From contig CBDBCU010000006.1 in assembly GCA_965203435.1 (NCBI GenBank), positions 38,028-102,027 of the forward strand: a stretch of 64,000 nt of DNA. The letters run 5' to 3'. A model generated the notes under the pieces. It did not search any database. It saw only the letters and a list, made by a program, of their open reading frames with translations, and was not told the DNA's origin. Shown piece by piece: positions 17,981-26,695 of the stretch. Within the stretch, counting starts at the first letter, position 1; each line of letters starts with the position of its first letter. The translations under genes and the position numbers were made by a program. Origin of the DNA: Dehalococcoidia bacterium. Lineage in GTDB: Bacteria > Chloroflexota > Dehalococcoidia > Lucifugimonadales > UBA3495.

Positions 17981-19681
17981 TTACTTCATATCAATATGCC
18001 CTTCCCAGTGCCAGGCTTCATTATAGCCCGTCCAGATGTTGGCAATGGGATAGCGCGGCAGCGGGATGGCGGCCAGGCAGCGATTGCCGCTCCGCGTACC
18101 ATAATCCCCGAACCGGAAATCCAAATTGTCAAACCCGAACTCCCGCCGATATTCGGGCAAATCCTCCTGGCTTACCGGGTCGATGTGCAGGAAAAACCGC
18201 CGGTTTACTTCATTGGGCGGGCAGGGATCCTGCAAATAGATTAACTGCCCCTCGGCCGCATAGACGGCGTAGTTAAAGCTGATGTCCGGCTCCCTTTCCC
18301 GGACGATTTTATCCCATTCCGGGGGGAACTTGCTGCTGAACGCGGCGCGGCTATCGACCGCGCTCTGCTCCGGATTGATTACCTGAATCCGGCCGTAAAA
18401 AGTAACCAGATAGAGCAGTCCCTCCCGCTCCAGAATGGCCGTAATGTAGCCGGCCGCCCCGCTGAAAAGGCGGGTGGGGGTAAAAGTGTCGTAGTCGAAC
18501 CGATCCACGGCAAAGCCGGCCCCGTCCTCCTCGGCGGTCAGATAGGCCGCATAAACCCCTTGGGTGTTGGCATAGGCCGCCGTGGCCGCCGTTCCGTGCA
18601 ACGCGGCCACCGGCTCCCGCACCAGGGCCGCCGGCGGGGCCGCGTTAGTCCCCCAAGCCGGATAGCCGTAAAATCCCCCCTGAATTATGGCGTTCAGCTC
18701 CTGCCGCGGTCCCGGCGTAGCAATCCCGGCCGCCGTGTTGTCGGCCCCGTACAGCTGCCCGTCCGGGGTCAGGGCCAGGCCGGCGGTATTGCGGAAACCG
18801 GTGGCATAGACTTGCAGCTCCTCATCCCCGGGCCGAAAGCGGGCCACCACCCCCATCAAATCCGGCCGGCCGCCGGCCGCCGCCAGCTGCCCCGACCCGG
18901 CGGTCAGATAATTCGCCGCCGCGCCCGGCGCCCCCTGATAGGGATGGGCGATGCTGACATAAATCCATTCCCCATCGTTGGTCAAGCCCTTGGGGCCTTG
19001 ATCCCAGCCATCGCCTAATATCCCGTCCACCACCACTTGCGGATCGTCCAGCAGCCCGTCGGCGCTGATGCGGTAGGATAAAATCCGGGCGCTGGATTGG
19101 GTCAGCAGTTCCTGCCGCTCTCCATCCGGCCACTGCACCAGCGGCTGGCAGGCGGCCTGTTCCGCTGCCGTCGGCAATGCTTCGCAGACATTGCCCAGAT
19201 CCGACAGATACAGGCGGCCGTCCAGAACCGTCAAGCCCTGGGGGATGGTCAATCCCTCCAGCACCGTTTTGATGGCCCCGGTCGGCACATTCAGCAGACG
19301 GATGCGCCCCTCCCAATCGGCCAGATACATCCGGTCAGCGTCCAGCCAGGCCGCCGCGGTCAACTGCCCGCCCAATTCCAAGGTCGGACAGCACTCCGGC
19401 CGGTTTGCCGGGTCATCAATAGGCTGATTTCCGGCGGCGGCAACCACGGCGGCCCCCTCGCCGGCGGCCGGCGGGACGGACGGCGTCTGTGTAGCCGGGG
19501 TCACGGCGACCCGGCCCGGATCGGAAACAGGCAGGACGGGCGTCGGCGCGGCCGGCGGCGGGGTTGGCGTAGCGGTGGGCGGCGGCTTGGTCGGCTCCAC
19601 AACGACGCAGCCCACGGCCAACAAAGCGGCCAGCAGCCCCGCCACCCCCCAGCGCGCCTTTGCGGTCAGCGCCTTGAGCAT
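17981..19681 (-). CDS. Lipoprotein, beta-propeller (PQQ-dependent sugar dehydrogenase / NHL-like)
   Basis: ATG at 19679-19681. Signal/lipobox LLAALLAVGC followed by a Pro/Thr linker. GFRNTAGLALTPDGQLYGADN resembles glucose/sorbosone dehydrogenase propellers. Confidence 0.6.
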   Translation of the reverse strand: MLKALTAKARWGVAGLLAALLAVGCVVVEPTKPPPTATPTPPPAAPTPVLPVSDPGRVAVTPATQTPSVPPAAGEGAAVVAAAGNQPIDDPANRPECCPTLELGGQLTAAAWLDADRMYLADWEGRIRLLNVPTGAIKTVLEGLTIPQGLTVLDGRLYLSDLGNVCEALPTAAEQAACQPLVQWPDGERQELLTQSSARILSYRISADGLLDDPQVVVDGILGDGWDQGPKGLTNDGEWIYVSIAHPYQGAPGAAANYLTAGSGQLAAAGGRPDLMGVVARFRPGDEELQVYATGFRNTAGLALTPDGQLYGADNTAAGIATPGPRQELNAIIQGGFYGYPAWGTNAAPPAALVREPVAALHGTAATAAYANTQGVYAAYLTAEEDGAGFAVDRFDYDTFTPTRLFSGAAGYITAILEREGLLYLVTFYGRIQVINPEQSAVDSRAAFSSKFPPEWDKIVREREPDISFNYAVYAAEGQLIYLQDPCPPNEVNRRFFLHIDPVSQEDLPEYRREFGFDNLDFRFGDYGTRSGNRCLAAIPLPRYPIANIWTGYNEAWHWEGHIDMK

Positions 19682-19683
19682 CG

Positions 19684-19896
19684 TTAACCCGCGGCCGCCT
19701 TGGCCCGGCCGCGCAGCCGCGGCGGCTTGTGCAGGGTCCGCAGGCAGCGACTGCAAATCTTGACCCGCTGCACCTTGCCGCCCAACTCAATGGTCTGCTT
19801 GTGGACATTGGCCTTGAACCGGGTCTTGGTATGCCGGTTCGAGTGGCTTACATTGTGGCCGGTCATCCCGGCCTTCTGGCAAATCTGGCACTGCAT
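19684..19896 (-). CDS. rpmB: 50S ribosomal protein L28
   Basis: MQCQICQKAGMTGHNVSHSNRHTKTRFKANVHKQ is the L28 pattern. AAGGAAG upstream of the ATG at 19894-19896. Confidence 0.85.
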   Translation of the reverse strand: MQCQICQKAGMTGHNVSHSNRHTKTRFKANVHKQTIELGGKVQRVKICSRCLRTLHKPPRLRGRAKAAAG

Positions 19897-20132
19897 AATC
19901 GCCACAGCTTCCTTTAAGATAAAAGCCATAATACCACAACTTCCCCCGCTATACAAGCCGGCTTTTGCCTGAATTGGGAAAATGGCCGGCCTTGCCATCC
20001 TTGCCCAAACCCCTCCCCTTCGCCCCCTATTGCGCCGCCCCAGCAAATAGGGCATAATGCCTCGCAGAGCTTGACCAGCCTTGACTAGTCTATCATCCTG
20101 CCATCCCCAGCCTTGCCGGGAGGGAAAACATT

Positions 20133-21080
20133 ATGCCGGCCGCCATTCCTGCCGAAAGCGAAGTTTTGACCTACTTTCAGCGGTTCAGCAACTGGGGCCG
20201 CTGGGGCGCCGACGATGAACTAGGCACGCCCAACCTGATTACTCCGGAAAAGACCCGCCGCGCCCTGGCCACGGTGCAGGAGGGAACTACCGTATCCCTG
20301 GCCCGCACCGTCCATTTCGAGCCCAGCCTGGACGCCCCGGCCCCGCCGGTGCATTTTATGGTGGAAAGCGGCGAGGGCTGGGGCAGCGGCGATAAGGTCA
20401 GCAGCCGCCCCAACGCCGCCGCCGTGGACTACTTCGGGATGATTTTCCACGGCTACACCGTTACCCATGTCGACAGCCTGGCCCACTTCTTTTGGGAGGG
20501 CAAAACCTACAACGGCAAGCCGGCCCACCTGGTTTCCACCAGTATGGGGGCCACTATTTGCTCCGTCGAGGCCGCCAAAAACGGCTTTATCACCCGCGGC
20601 GTCCTGGTGGATGTACCGCTAATCCGCGGCGTGGATTGGCTGGAACGCGGCGAGGGGGTGATGCCGGAGGACATTCTGGCCGCCGAGGAACGCTGCGGCT
20701 TTCAGGTAGAGGAGGGGGATGCGCTGCTGGTACGCACCGGCCAGCTGCATCGCCGCAATGTGGAAGGCCCGGTAGAACGCGCCGCCGGCTCTACCGCCTG
20801 CCAGGCCGCTTGCCTGCCGCTGTTCCACGAGCGCGGCATTGCCGTCCTCGGCTCCGACACCGGCAACGATGTCAGCCCGCCCCAATACGAAAAGGTCTTG
20901 CAGCCCATCCATCAGGTCGGCATCACCGCCATGGGCCTCTGGATTCTGGACAATGCCAACCTGGAGGAAGTAGCCCAAGCCTGCCAAGAGCGCCAGCGCT
21001 GGGAGTTTCTGGTCGCCATCGGCCCCCTGCGCCTGCACAACACCACCGGCTCCCCGGTGAACCCCATAGCGGTGTTTTAG
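20133..21080 (+). CDS. Cyclase family protein (kynurenine-formamidase-like)
   Basis: NWGRWGADDELGTPNLITPE and FHGYTVTHVDSLAHF motifs. Confidence 0.8.
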   Translation: MPAAIPAESEVLTYFQRFSNWGRWGADDELGTPNLITPEKTRRALATVQEGTTVSLARTVHFEPSLDAPAPPVHFMVESGEGWGSGDKVSSRPNAAAVDYFGMIFHGYTVTHVDSLAHFFWEGKTYNGKPAHLVSTSMGATICSVEAAKNGFITRGVLVDVPLIRGVDWLERGEGVMPEDILAAEERCGFQVEEGDALLVRTGQLHRRNVEGPVERAAGSTACQAACLPLFHERGIAVLGSDTGNDVSPPQYEKVLQPIHQVGITAMGLWILDNANLEEVAQACQERQRWEFLVAIGPLRLHNTTGSPVNPIAVF

Positions 21081-21082
21081 CC

Positions 21083-21397
21083 CTAAAACAACCCCCTTAC
21101 CGCCGTCAAAATTTCGGCGGTTTTGACCGGGGTAAGGCGGCCGACGGTGCGCCCGAATTTGCTTTCGTTCAGGGTGGTTAACCGGTCAATGCGGACACGA
21201 CTGACCGCCGGCAATCGCCCACGCTCCAGATCGTTCCGGGCCAAGGCTACATCGCCGGGACGGAAAAGGCGGCCACTGGTTAGGGGGCAAACTATCCAAT
21301 CCTGCATACCCCCGTCGACCAACAATACCACCGGGCGCGGCTTGAATCCGCTCAAATCGGTGTAGAACACCGGGGCCCAGACTACATCGCCCACCAT
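21083..21397 (-). CDS. PemK/MazF-like toxin-fold protein, copy 2
   Basis: ATG at 21395-21397, 5 nt after the stop of the upstream TRD-only gene. VFYTDLSGFKPRPVVLL...WIVCPLTS... The C-terminus FGRTVGRLTPVKTAEILTAVRGLF is near identical to copy 1. Confidence 0.75.
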   Translation of the reverse strand: MVGDVVWAPVFYTDLSGFKPRPVVLLVDGGMQDWIVCPLTSGRLFRPGDVALARNDLERGRLPAVSRVRIDRLTTLNESKFGRTVGRLTPVKTAEILTAVRGLF

Positions 21398-21402
21398 TGC
21401 CC

Positions 21403-22665
21403 TTACCCCCGCTCCGCCGCGGGAACCGGGCCGGGCCGCCAGAGGTCGAGGCCCATTCCCGTATCCCCGTAGCCGACCAGGGAGCCATCGTCCAGCCAAA
21501 AGGCTATCCCGTCCATAATTTCCACTGTCCGTACGCTGACCGTGCAGACCCGCCGCAGCAGGTCAATTACCGCCTCCTTGTAGTCGGCAAAGCGGTAAGG
21601 ATTGAACTGCGCTGCGCCAGTGGCATCCTTGGGTTTGCGCTCCTTATACTGCTCCAGTACCCCCTCCAAGGCGCTGCGGTTGCCCAACCGGTACGACCAA
21701 GCCGATGCCGGGACGCCGGCCAACGTAGTTCCCTCGTCCAGCCTAATCAGCCCCTTTTCCTTATCCGCTTTCAGAATGGCCTTGCCGCCGCCCGCCGGCG
21801 CTTTTTCGTTATCCCGCCGTTCCAGGGGATAGGGTTCGACGGTCGCAAAATTCAGGTGCAAATCCAGCAACTCCCGCCCGGCATCCAGCCAGAGATCGAA
21901 GTCGTGATAGAGCGGCAGGCGGGGAAATTCCCGGAGCAGGTCGACCCGGTAGTCGTACCGATATTCCCGGTCGTGCAGCACGCCGTAGAGGTAGGCGAAA
22001 ATATCCTCGGCGGTAATGCCCCCCGGGCCAAAAAACTCCCGGCAAGCCTCCTCGCCCCAATCCCGCAAGCGCTGGGCGTTAACTTCCCGCACCGCCCAAT
22101 CGGTGATGTTGCACACCCTTTCCCCGTCCGCCGTGTAGCGGTAAAGCGGCAGGCAGTGGGTATTGCCGGCAAAGCGCCGGTCGGTCAACTTGTCAGTTGC
22201 CAGGGCGTAAAAATCCTTGCCGTTGACGCAGAAATTGATGACCTGGTTAGGCTGCTGCAAATCCGGGCCAAAGATTTCGTAGTGCTTGCCGGTCAATCCC
22301 GGGCTCAGGGCTGGGTCGGCAAGGCAATGTTTGGTTACAAAGGGACGATACAAGGCCGGCACTACCGCCCCTTGACCATCGCCGCGGCGCCGGCCGCCGG
22401 CCTCGGGGCCATTGCCGGCGTCGGCCAAGAACCGGGCCTTGTCCAAGAGGTTTTGCCGGTCGAAATCGTACGAACCTTCGCCCCGGCCGGTATTGACGCC
22501 CTTGACGGAAAGGGCAAAAACCGGTTCCGGGGCCGGGTTGGCTTTAATGCCCACTTGCCGCCGGGTCAGCGGCAGCATCTGCTTGAACCGGAAACGATTG
22601 GCGGACTGGTTCAGCCATTGGCCGAACTCGTCGGGGGTTATTTCGTCAAAGTTCAGCTCCAGCAT
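21403..22665 (-). CDS. Stand-alone target-recognition-domain protein, paralogue of the C-terminal about 420 aa of the adjacent RM enzyme
   Basis: GAGGAG 7 nt upstream of the ATG at 22663-22665. Shares blocks with the 23037-26216 product (QPNQVINFCVN, CLPLYRYTADGERVCNITDW, AEDIFAYLYGVLHD, LLREFPRLP, GGKAILKADKEKGLIRLDE, YKERKP). No MTase or nuclease motifs. Confidence 0.75.
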   Translation of the reverse strand: MLELNFDEITPDEFGQWLNQSANRFRFKQMLPLTRRQVGIKANPAPEPVFALSVKGVNTGRGEGSYDFDRQNLLDKARFLADAGNGPEAGGRRRGDGQGAVVPALYRPFVTKHCLADPALSPGLTGKHYEIFGPDLQQPNQVINFCVNGKDFYALATDKLTDRRFAGNTHCLPLYRYTADGERVCNITDWAVREVNAQRLRDWGEEACREFFGPGGITAEDIFAYLYGVLHDREYRYDYRVDLLREFPRLPLYHDFDLWLDAGRELLDLHLNFATVEPYPLERRDNEKAPAGGGKAILKADKEKGLIRLDEGTTLAGVPASAWSYRLGNRSALEGVLEQYKERKPKDATGAAQFNPYRFADYKEAVIDLLRRVCTVSVRTVEIMDGIAFWLDDGSLVGYGDTGMGLDLWRPGPVPAAERG

Positions 22666-22715
22666 ACTGCTACTCCTCAAATAGTCGGCTTGGGCCGCGG
22701 TGCGGGGCTAGAGAC

Positions 22716-23030
22716 CTAAAACAACCCCCGCACTGCCGCCAGAATTTCGGCGGTTTTAGCCGGGGTAAGGCGGCCGATGGTGCGCCCGAACCGGCTTTCC
22801 GCCAGCGTCAGCAGCCGGTCGGGATGTACCCAACTGGCATAGTCCAGATGGCCGGCGGACAAATCCGCATCGGCCAGGGCTATCTCCCGACCGCCCGGAT
22901 GCGCCCGGCTGATGCGACACACGATCCAGTCCTCGGCACCCACCCGGGACAAAACCAGGGCCGGGCGGGTTTTCATTCCGCGCAGATTCGTGAAAGGGAA
23001 AGGCACCAGCACAATGTCCCTTACCGCCAT
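22716..23030 (-). CDS. PemK/MazF-like toxin-fold protein, copy 1
   Basis: MAVRDIVLVPFPFTNLRGMKTRPALVLSRVGAEDWIVCRIS is the PemK/MazF N-terminal pattern. Starts 6 nt after the RM enzyme stop. Confidence 0.8.
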   Translation of the reverse strand: MAVRDIVLVPFPFTNLRGMKTRPALVLSRVGAEDWIVCRISRAHPGGREIALADADLSAGHLDYASWVHPDRLLTLAESRFGRTIGRLTPAKTAEILAAVRGLF

Positions 23031-23036
23031 TGCCGG

Positions 23037-26000
23037 CTACTCCCCCGCCCCAATATCGGGCAAAGCGGCCAGCCAAGCCTGATATTCCGGGTCATCATCC
23101 GGGTCGTCCGGATCGTTAAACCACTGGGCCAGCCCCATCATCGACCACTCCTCCTGATCCCGATCGCCGAAAACTACCAACTGCCCGTCCCGCCAATAAG
23201 CCATCCCATCCACCACCGCCATCGTGCCTACGCTGACGGCGCAGACCCGGCGCAGCAGGGCGATTACCGATTCTTTGTGGTCGGCAAAGCGGTAGTTGTG
23301 GAACCGGGCGGCGATGGTGGGGTCGCGGGGCTTGCGTTCCTTATACTGATCCAACACCCACTCCAAAGCGCTGCGACTGCCCAGGGTGTAGCGCCACGCC
23401 GCCGCCGGGATGCCAGCCAGGGTGGTCTGTTCGTCGAGGCGGATTAGCCCCTTTTCCTTGTCGGCTTTCAGGATGGCCTTGCCGCCTTTAGCCGCGGCGG
23501 CCCGGTTTTCCCGCCGTTCCAACGGATAGGGTTCGGCGGTCTCAAACCCCAAGTGCAAAGCCAGCAGCTCCCGGCCCATCGCCGCCCAATTCCCGAAATG
23601 GACATAAAAAGGCAGCCGGGGAAACTCCCGCAACAAATCCGCCCCGTAATCATAGCGATACACCGGGTCATGCAGCACCGCGTAAGTGTAGGCAAAAATA
23701 TCCTCGGCGCTGATGGATTCGTCCCGGTAATGCTCCCGAAACTGCCGCAATCCCCAATCGGTAATGTTGCTGACCCGTTCCCCGTCCGCCGTGTAGCGGT
23801 AAAGCGGCAGGCATTGCGTATCGCCGGTGAAATGCAGGTCGCAGGGTTTATCGGCGGCCAAGGTGTAAAAGCTCTTGTGGTTGACACAAAAGCTGATTAC
23901 CTGATTCGGCTGTTTCAGGTCTTGGCCGAACAGCTCGAAATGATTGCGGGTGAGAACGTCGTTCATCAAAAAGTCGGCAAAATGATGTTTCACGACGTAG
24001 GGCCGGAACAGGGTTTGGATGAGTTTCCCATCGTCATAAACCATCCGCTTGCCGCGGTTGTATTCGTTGACCAGGTCGCGGCTCCACTTGATAACCGGGT
24101 CATAGGAATCATCGCCGGCATCCAGAAAATCGTTATAGGTGTCGGCAAAGAACCGGGCTTTGGCCCGCAGATTGGCCGGGTCAAAATCATAGACCCAGCC
24201 GTCGCGGTTCGTAGCGATTCCCATCGCGTACAAACCGAACAACGATTTCTCTGCTTCGCCCCCCTTGTCTTGTTTGGCTTGGCGGCTGGCAATAGGCAAG
24301 GGCAACTTCTCAAAACCGGCGCTGGTCTGATTAAGCCAATTGCCCGTGCTGTCCGGCGCAATTTCCTGAAAGCCCAGGTCGGCAACATTGAGTTGCTGCA
24401 ACGCCGCCAACTTATCGGCCCCGGACTGTTCGTCCTCCAGGGCGTAGTAATGGATTTGGCCCGCCGACTGCCGGCCGGAACGCCGCACAAAGAACCCCAC
24501 GGCAACGCCGGTCATTATGCCAAAGACATTGCCGACCTTGCCTTTCTTGCGAATATCGCCGCCCAGGTCAACGATATACAGGTCGCTGAACTCCGACGGC
24601 ATTACCTTGCGGAAACCGTCATCCTGCCGGGAATCGATGTACGCCCGGTTAGTGATGAAAGCGATAATACCGTCATCGGCCAGGCGATCCGAGGCCCAGC
24701 GCAGGAATCGCTTATACATATCGTACTGCTTGGTTTTCTGGGCGGCGCTGGCGTCAACATAGGTTTCCCGGATCCGCTGGTCGACTGCCGAGTAGGCCCA
24801 ATTGTCACTGCCGTCGCCCCACCGGGTAGCGTTGGCATTGTAGGGCGGATTGCCGAGGATGGCGCTGATGGTTTTGGCGTTCTGCCCTTGCAGGCGCAGC
24901 CAGTTCTCCTCGGACAAAGCCCCCAGGTTGAAAGCCCCTTGCCGCTGCACCGCCGCGCCGCTGGCCCCCTGCGCCTGCCAGCCCAGGTTGTCCAGGGTGT
25001 CCACAAAGCACAGGTTGGGAAACTCCCGGTAATGGCCGGCCCGCTCTTTGTAGCTGTATTCAATGTTCAGGTTGGCGATGTAATAGGGCAGGATGGCGAC
25101 TTCGTTGGCGTGGATTTCGTGCTGGTACTTGTATTCCAGCCGTTCCGGGGGCAGGTAGTTAATCAGGCTGGTGATGAAAGTGCCGGTGCCGGTGGCCGGA
25201 TCCAGGATTTGCACCTGGTCGTCGGCCAGGGAACGGCCAAAGTGTTTTTGCAGCAGCCCGTCCGTCCCCCGGATGATAAAGTCCACCACTTCATTGGGGG
25301 TATAGACCACGCCCAGATAGTCGGCGGCCGCCGGATTGTAGGCTTGGTAAAAGCTTTCGTAGATGCCTTTGAGGAACTGCTGCTTTTCGGCGTAGTCGGC
25401 GATTTCGTCGGCGGAGCGGCCGATGACGCTGTAATAGGCCCGCAGGCGGTCGATGGCTTGGCGGCGGACATTGCCGGTGAAAAAGGTTTGCTCCAGGGCG
25501 TCCAGCTGGCGGGCGATGTTGTTTTCCCGATGAAACTGATCCTCGGCGAACACCCGCAGGAAAATGTCTTTGGTCAGGATGTGCTGCAACAGCATTTCCC
25601 GCACATCGGCGGCCGACACGGCCGGCCCGATGGTGCGCTGGCACAATTCCTGAAAGGCGGCCGCCGCCGCCTGATATTCCCGGTTGACCGCCGCCGCCGC
25701 ATCCACGGCGGCCCGCAGGTTTGCCAGCACGGTGGGCAGGTCGGCCTTGAACTGCTGCTGCGCCCGGCGGAACTCCGCAATGCTGGGCAGTTCATAATCC
25801 AGAAAGCGGCGGATCAGGCGATGCAGTTCCCGGGAGCGGGCCATATCCACCCGCATAGCCTCCTGCCGGTTCTGAAAAAGCACGGCGGTGCGGGAATCCT
25901 CAAAGACGATATTGTCCCGGGGATAGCCCCGGTTAAATTTGCGCTGGATTTCGGCGTCCAGGTCGTCGTGGCTGTCTTTGGCCTCCCAGTAGCCCCGGGC

Positions 26001-26216
26001 CATCCGCAGAGCATCCCTGACCGTGCCGTCCGGGATGATGCCCGGCTGGGATTTCAGCTGCGGCACCAGGACCAGTTTATCCCGGTGGTCGCGGCAATAA
26101 GCGTCCAGGCAGCCCTGAAAGGCGGCGCTGATGTTGAGTTCATTGTCCGACCCGCCGAACTCAATCAGATCCCGCAACCGGTCGCGATAGGTTTCAATAT
26201 GCGGGTAAGCAGGCAT
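23037..26216 (-). CDS. Single-chain restriction-modification enzyme, MmeI-like (type IIL/IIG): PD-ExK nuclease + N6-adenine MTase + type-ISP-like TRD
   Basis: N-terminal RD-x9-EAK (PDGTVRDALRMARGYWEAKD). SAM motif I ILDPATGTGTF. Motif IV LGNPPYNAN. Long C-terminal specificity region. ATG at 26214-26216 preferred over the track start at 26255. Confidence 0.8.
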   Translation of the reverse strand: MPAYPHIETYRDRLRDLIEFGGSDNELNISAAFQGCLDAYCRDHRDKLVLVPQLKSQPGIIPDGTVRDALRMARGYWEAKDSHDDLDAEIQRKFNRGYPRDNIVFEDSRTAVLFQNRQEAMRVDMARSRELHRLIRRFLDYELPSIAEFRRAQQQFKADLPTVLANLRAAVDAAAAVNREYQAAAAAFQELCQRTIGPAVSAADVREMLLQHILTKDIFLRVFAEDQFHRENNIARQLDALEQTFFTGNVRRQAIDRLRAYYSVIGRSADEIADYAEKQQFLKGIYESFYQAYNPAAADYLGVVYTPNEVVDFIIRGTDGLLQKHFGRSLADDQVQILDPATGTGTFITSLINYLPPERLEYKYQHEIHANEVAILPYYIANLNIEYSYKERAGHYREFPNLCFVDTLDNLGWQAQGASGAAVQRQGAFNLGALSEENWLRLQGQNAKTISAILGNPPYNANATRWGDGSDNWAYSAVDQRIRETYVDASAAQKTKQYDMYKRFLRWASDRLADDGIIAFITNRAYIDSRQDDGFRKVMPSEFSDLYIVDLGGDIRKKGKVGNVFGIMTGVAVGFFVRRSGRQSAGQIHYYALEDEQSGADKLAALQQLNVADLGFQEIAPDSTGNWLNQTSAGFEKLPLPIASRQAKQDKGGEAEKSLFGLYAMGIATNRDGWVYDFDPANLRAKARFFADTYNDFLDAGDDSYDPVIKWSRDLVNEYNRGKRMVYDDGKLIQTLFRPYVVKHHFADFLMNDVLTRNHFELFGQDLKQPNQVISFCVNHKSFYTLAADKPCDLHFTGDTQCLPLYRYTADGERVSNITDWGLRQFREHYRDESISAEDIFAYTYAVLHDPVYRYDYGADLLREFPRLPFYVHFGNWAAMGRELLALHLGFETAEPYPLERRENRAAAAKGGKAILKADKEKGLIRLDEQTTLAGIPAAAWRYTLGSRSALEWVLDQYKERKPRDPTIAARFHNYRFADHKESVIALLRRVCAVSVGTMAVVDGMAYWRDGQLVVFGDRDQEEWSMMGLAQWFNDPDDPDDDPEYQAWLAALPDIGAGE

Positions 26217-26273
26217 AACACTTCCATAATAGCAAAGGGGGGGATGTGGGGGCAAGGGGGGATTGTTGCCGGC

Positions 26274-26545
26274 TCTTACCGTCCTTCCCGCCCGCCCCCA
26301 CCGTCCTTCCCGCGTAAGCGGGAATCCTGTCCCCCTTACCGTCCTTCCCGTCCCCCGACCGTCCTTCCCGTCCCCCTTACCGTCCTTCCCGTCCCCCTAC
26401 CGTCATTCCCGTCCCCCCGACCGTCATTCCCGCGTAAGCGGGAATCCCCACGGTACTGCCGTATAATGCCGCATCCCCGGCAAGCCACCGCGGGATTCCC
26501 GCTTACGCGGGAATGACGGTAAGGGTGAGGCCGGAATGACCTAGT
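26274..26545. repeat. Family-A cluster: tandem array of about 7 left-arm half units (period about 21-22 nt) ending in one full element
   Basis: accgtccttcccg / accgtcattcccg recurs 7 times. The full element is at about 26420-26520, with arms ccgtcattcccgcgtaagcgggaatcc / ggattcccgcttacgcgggaatgacgg. Confidence 0.85.
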
Positions 26546-26695
26546 GGGGTAGCTGCGGTTTGCCAACATACTTCCTGTCAACCTTTGCCTATCAGCGGCG
26601 GCCGGCCGACTGGCACAAACGGCGGCCGCCGGCTGTGTAGGCATACGGTACTCCAGTTCCAACGGATTCGGTGGAAGTGTTGAGTGGAACGGAGG

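Noticed and set aside
26274-26420. Regularly spaced 21-22-nt repeats that superficially resemble a CRISPR array.
   Set aside because: The period is far too short, the linkers between units are 5-9 nt of C-rich sequence rather than unique 30-40-nt spacers, the units are half-arms of the family-A element, and no cas genes are nearby.
23553-26516. 987-aa plus-strand ORF. Similar very long ORFs are at 3884-5809(-), 7688-9190(-), 11989-13377(+), 53409-55343(-), 57067-58440(-), 37551-38579(-) and 21397-22719(+).
   Set aside because: Each lies antisense to a gene with clear family motifs (RM enzyme, uvrC, aldehyde dehydrogenase, LLM oxidoreductase, ASST/mtnP, metK, aldolase, TRD gene). Their translations are Gly/Ala/Arg/Pro-rich low-complexity sequence, typical of shadow ORFs in high-GC DNA.
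26546-26695. 150-nt unassigned spacer downstream of the GIY-YIG gene, with an imperfect GC hairpin (cagcggcggccggcc ... ggcggccgccggctg).
   Set aside because: The arms pair only with bulges, there is no U tract, and I see no recognisable ncRNA motif. It may be a weak terminator, but the evidence is too thin for a feature.
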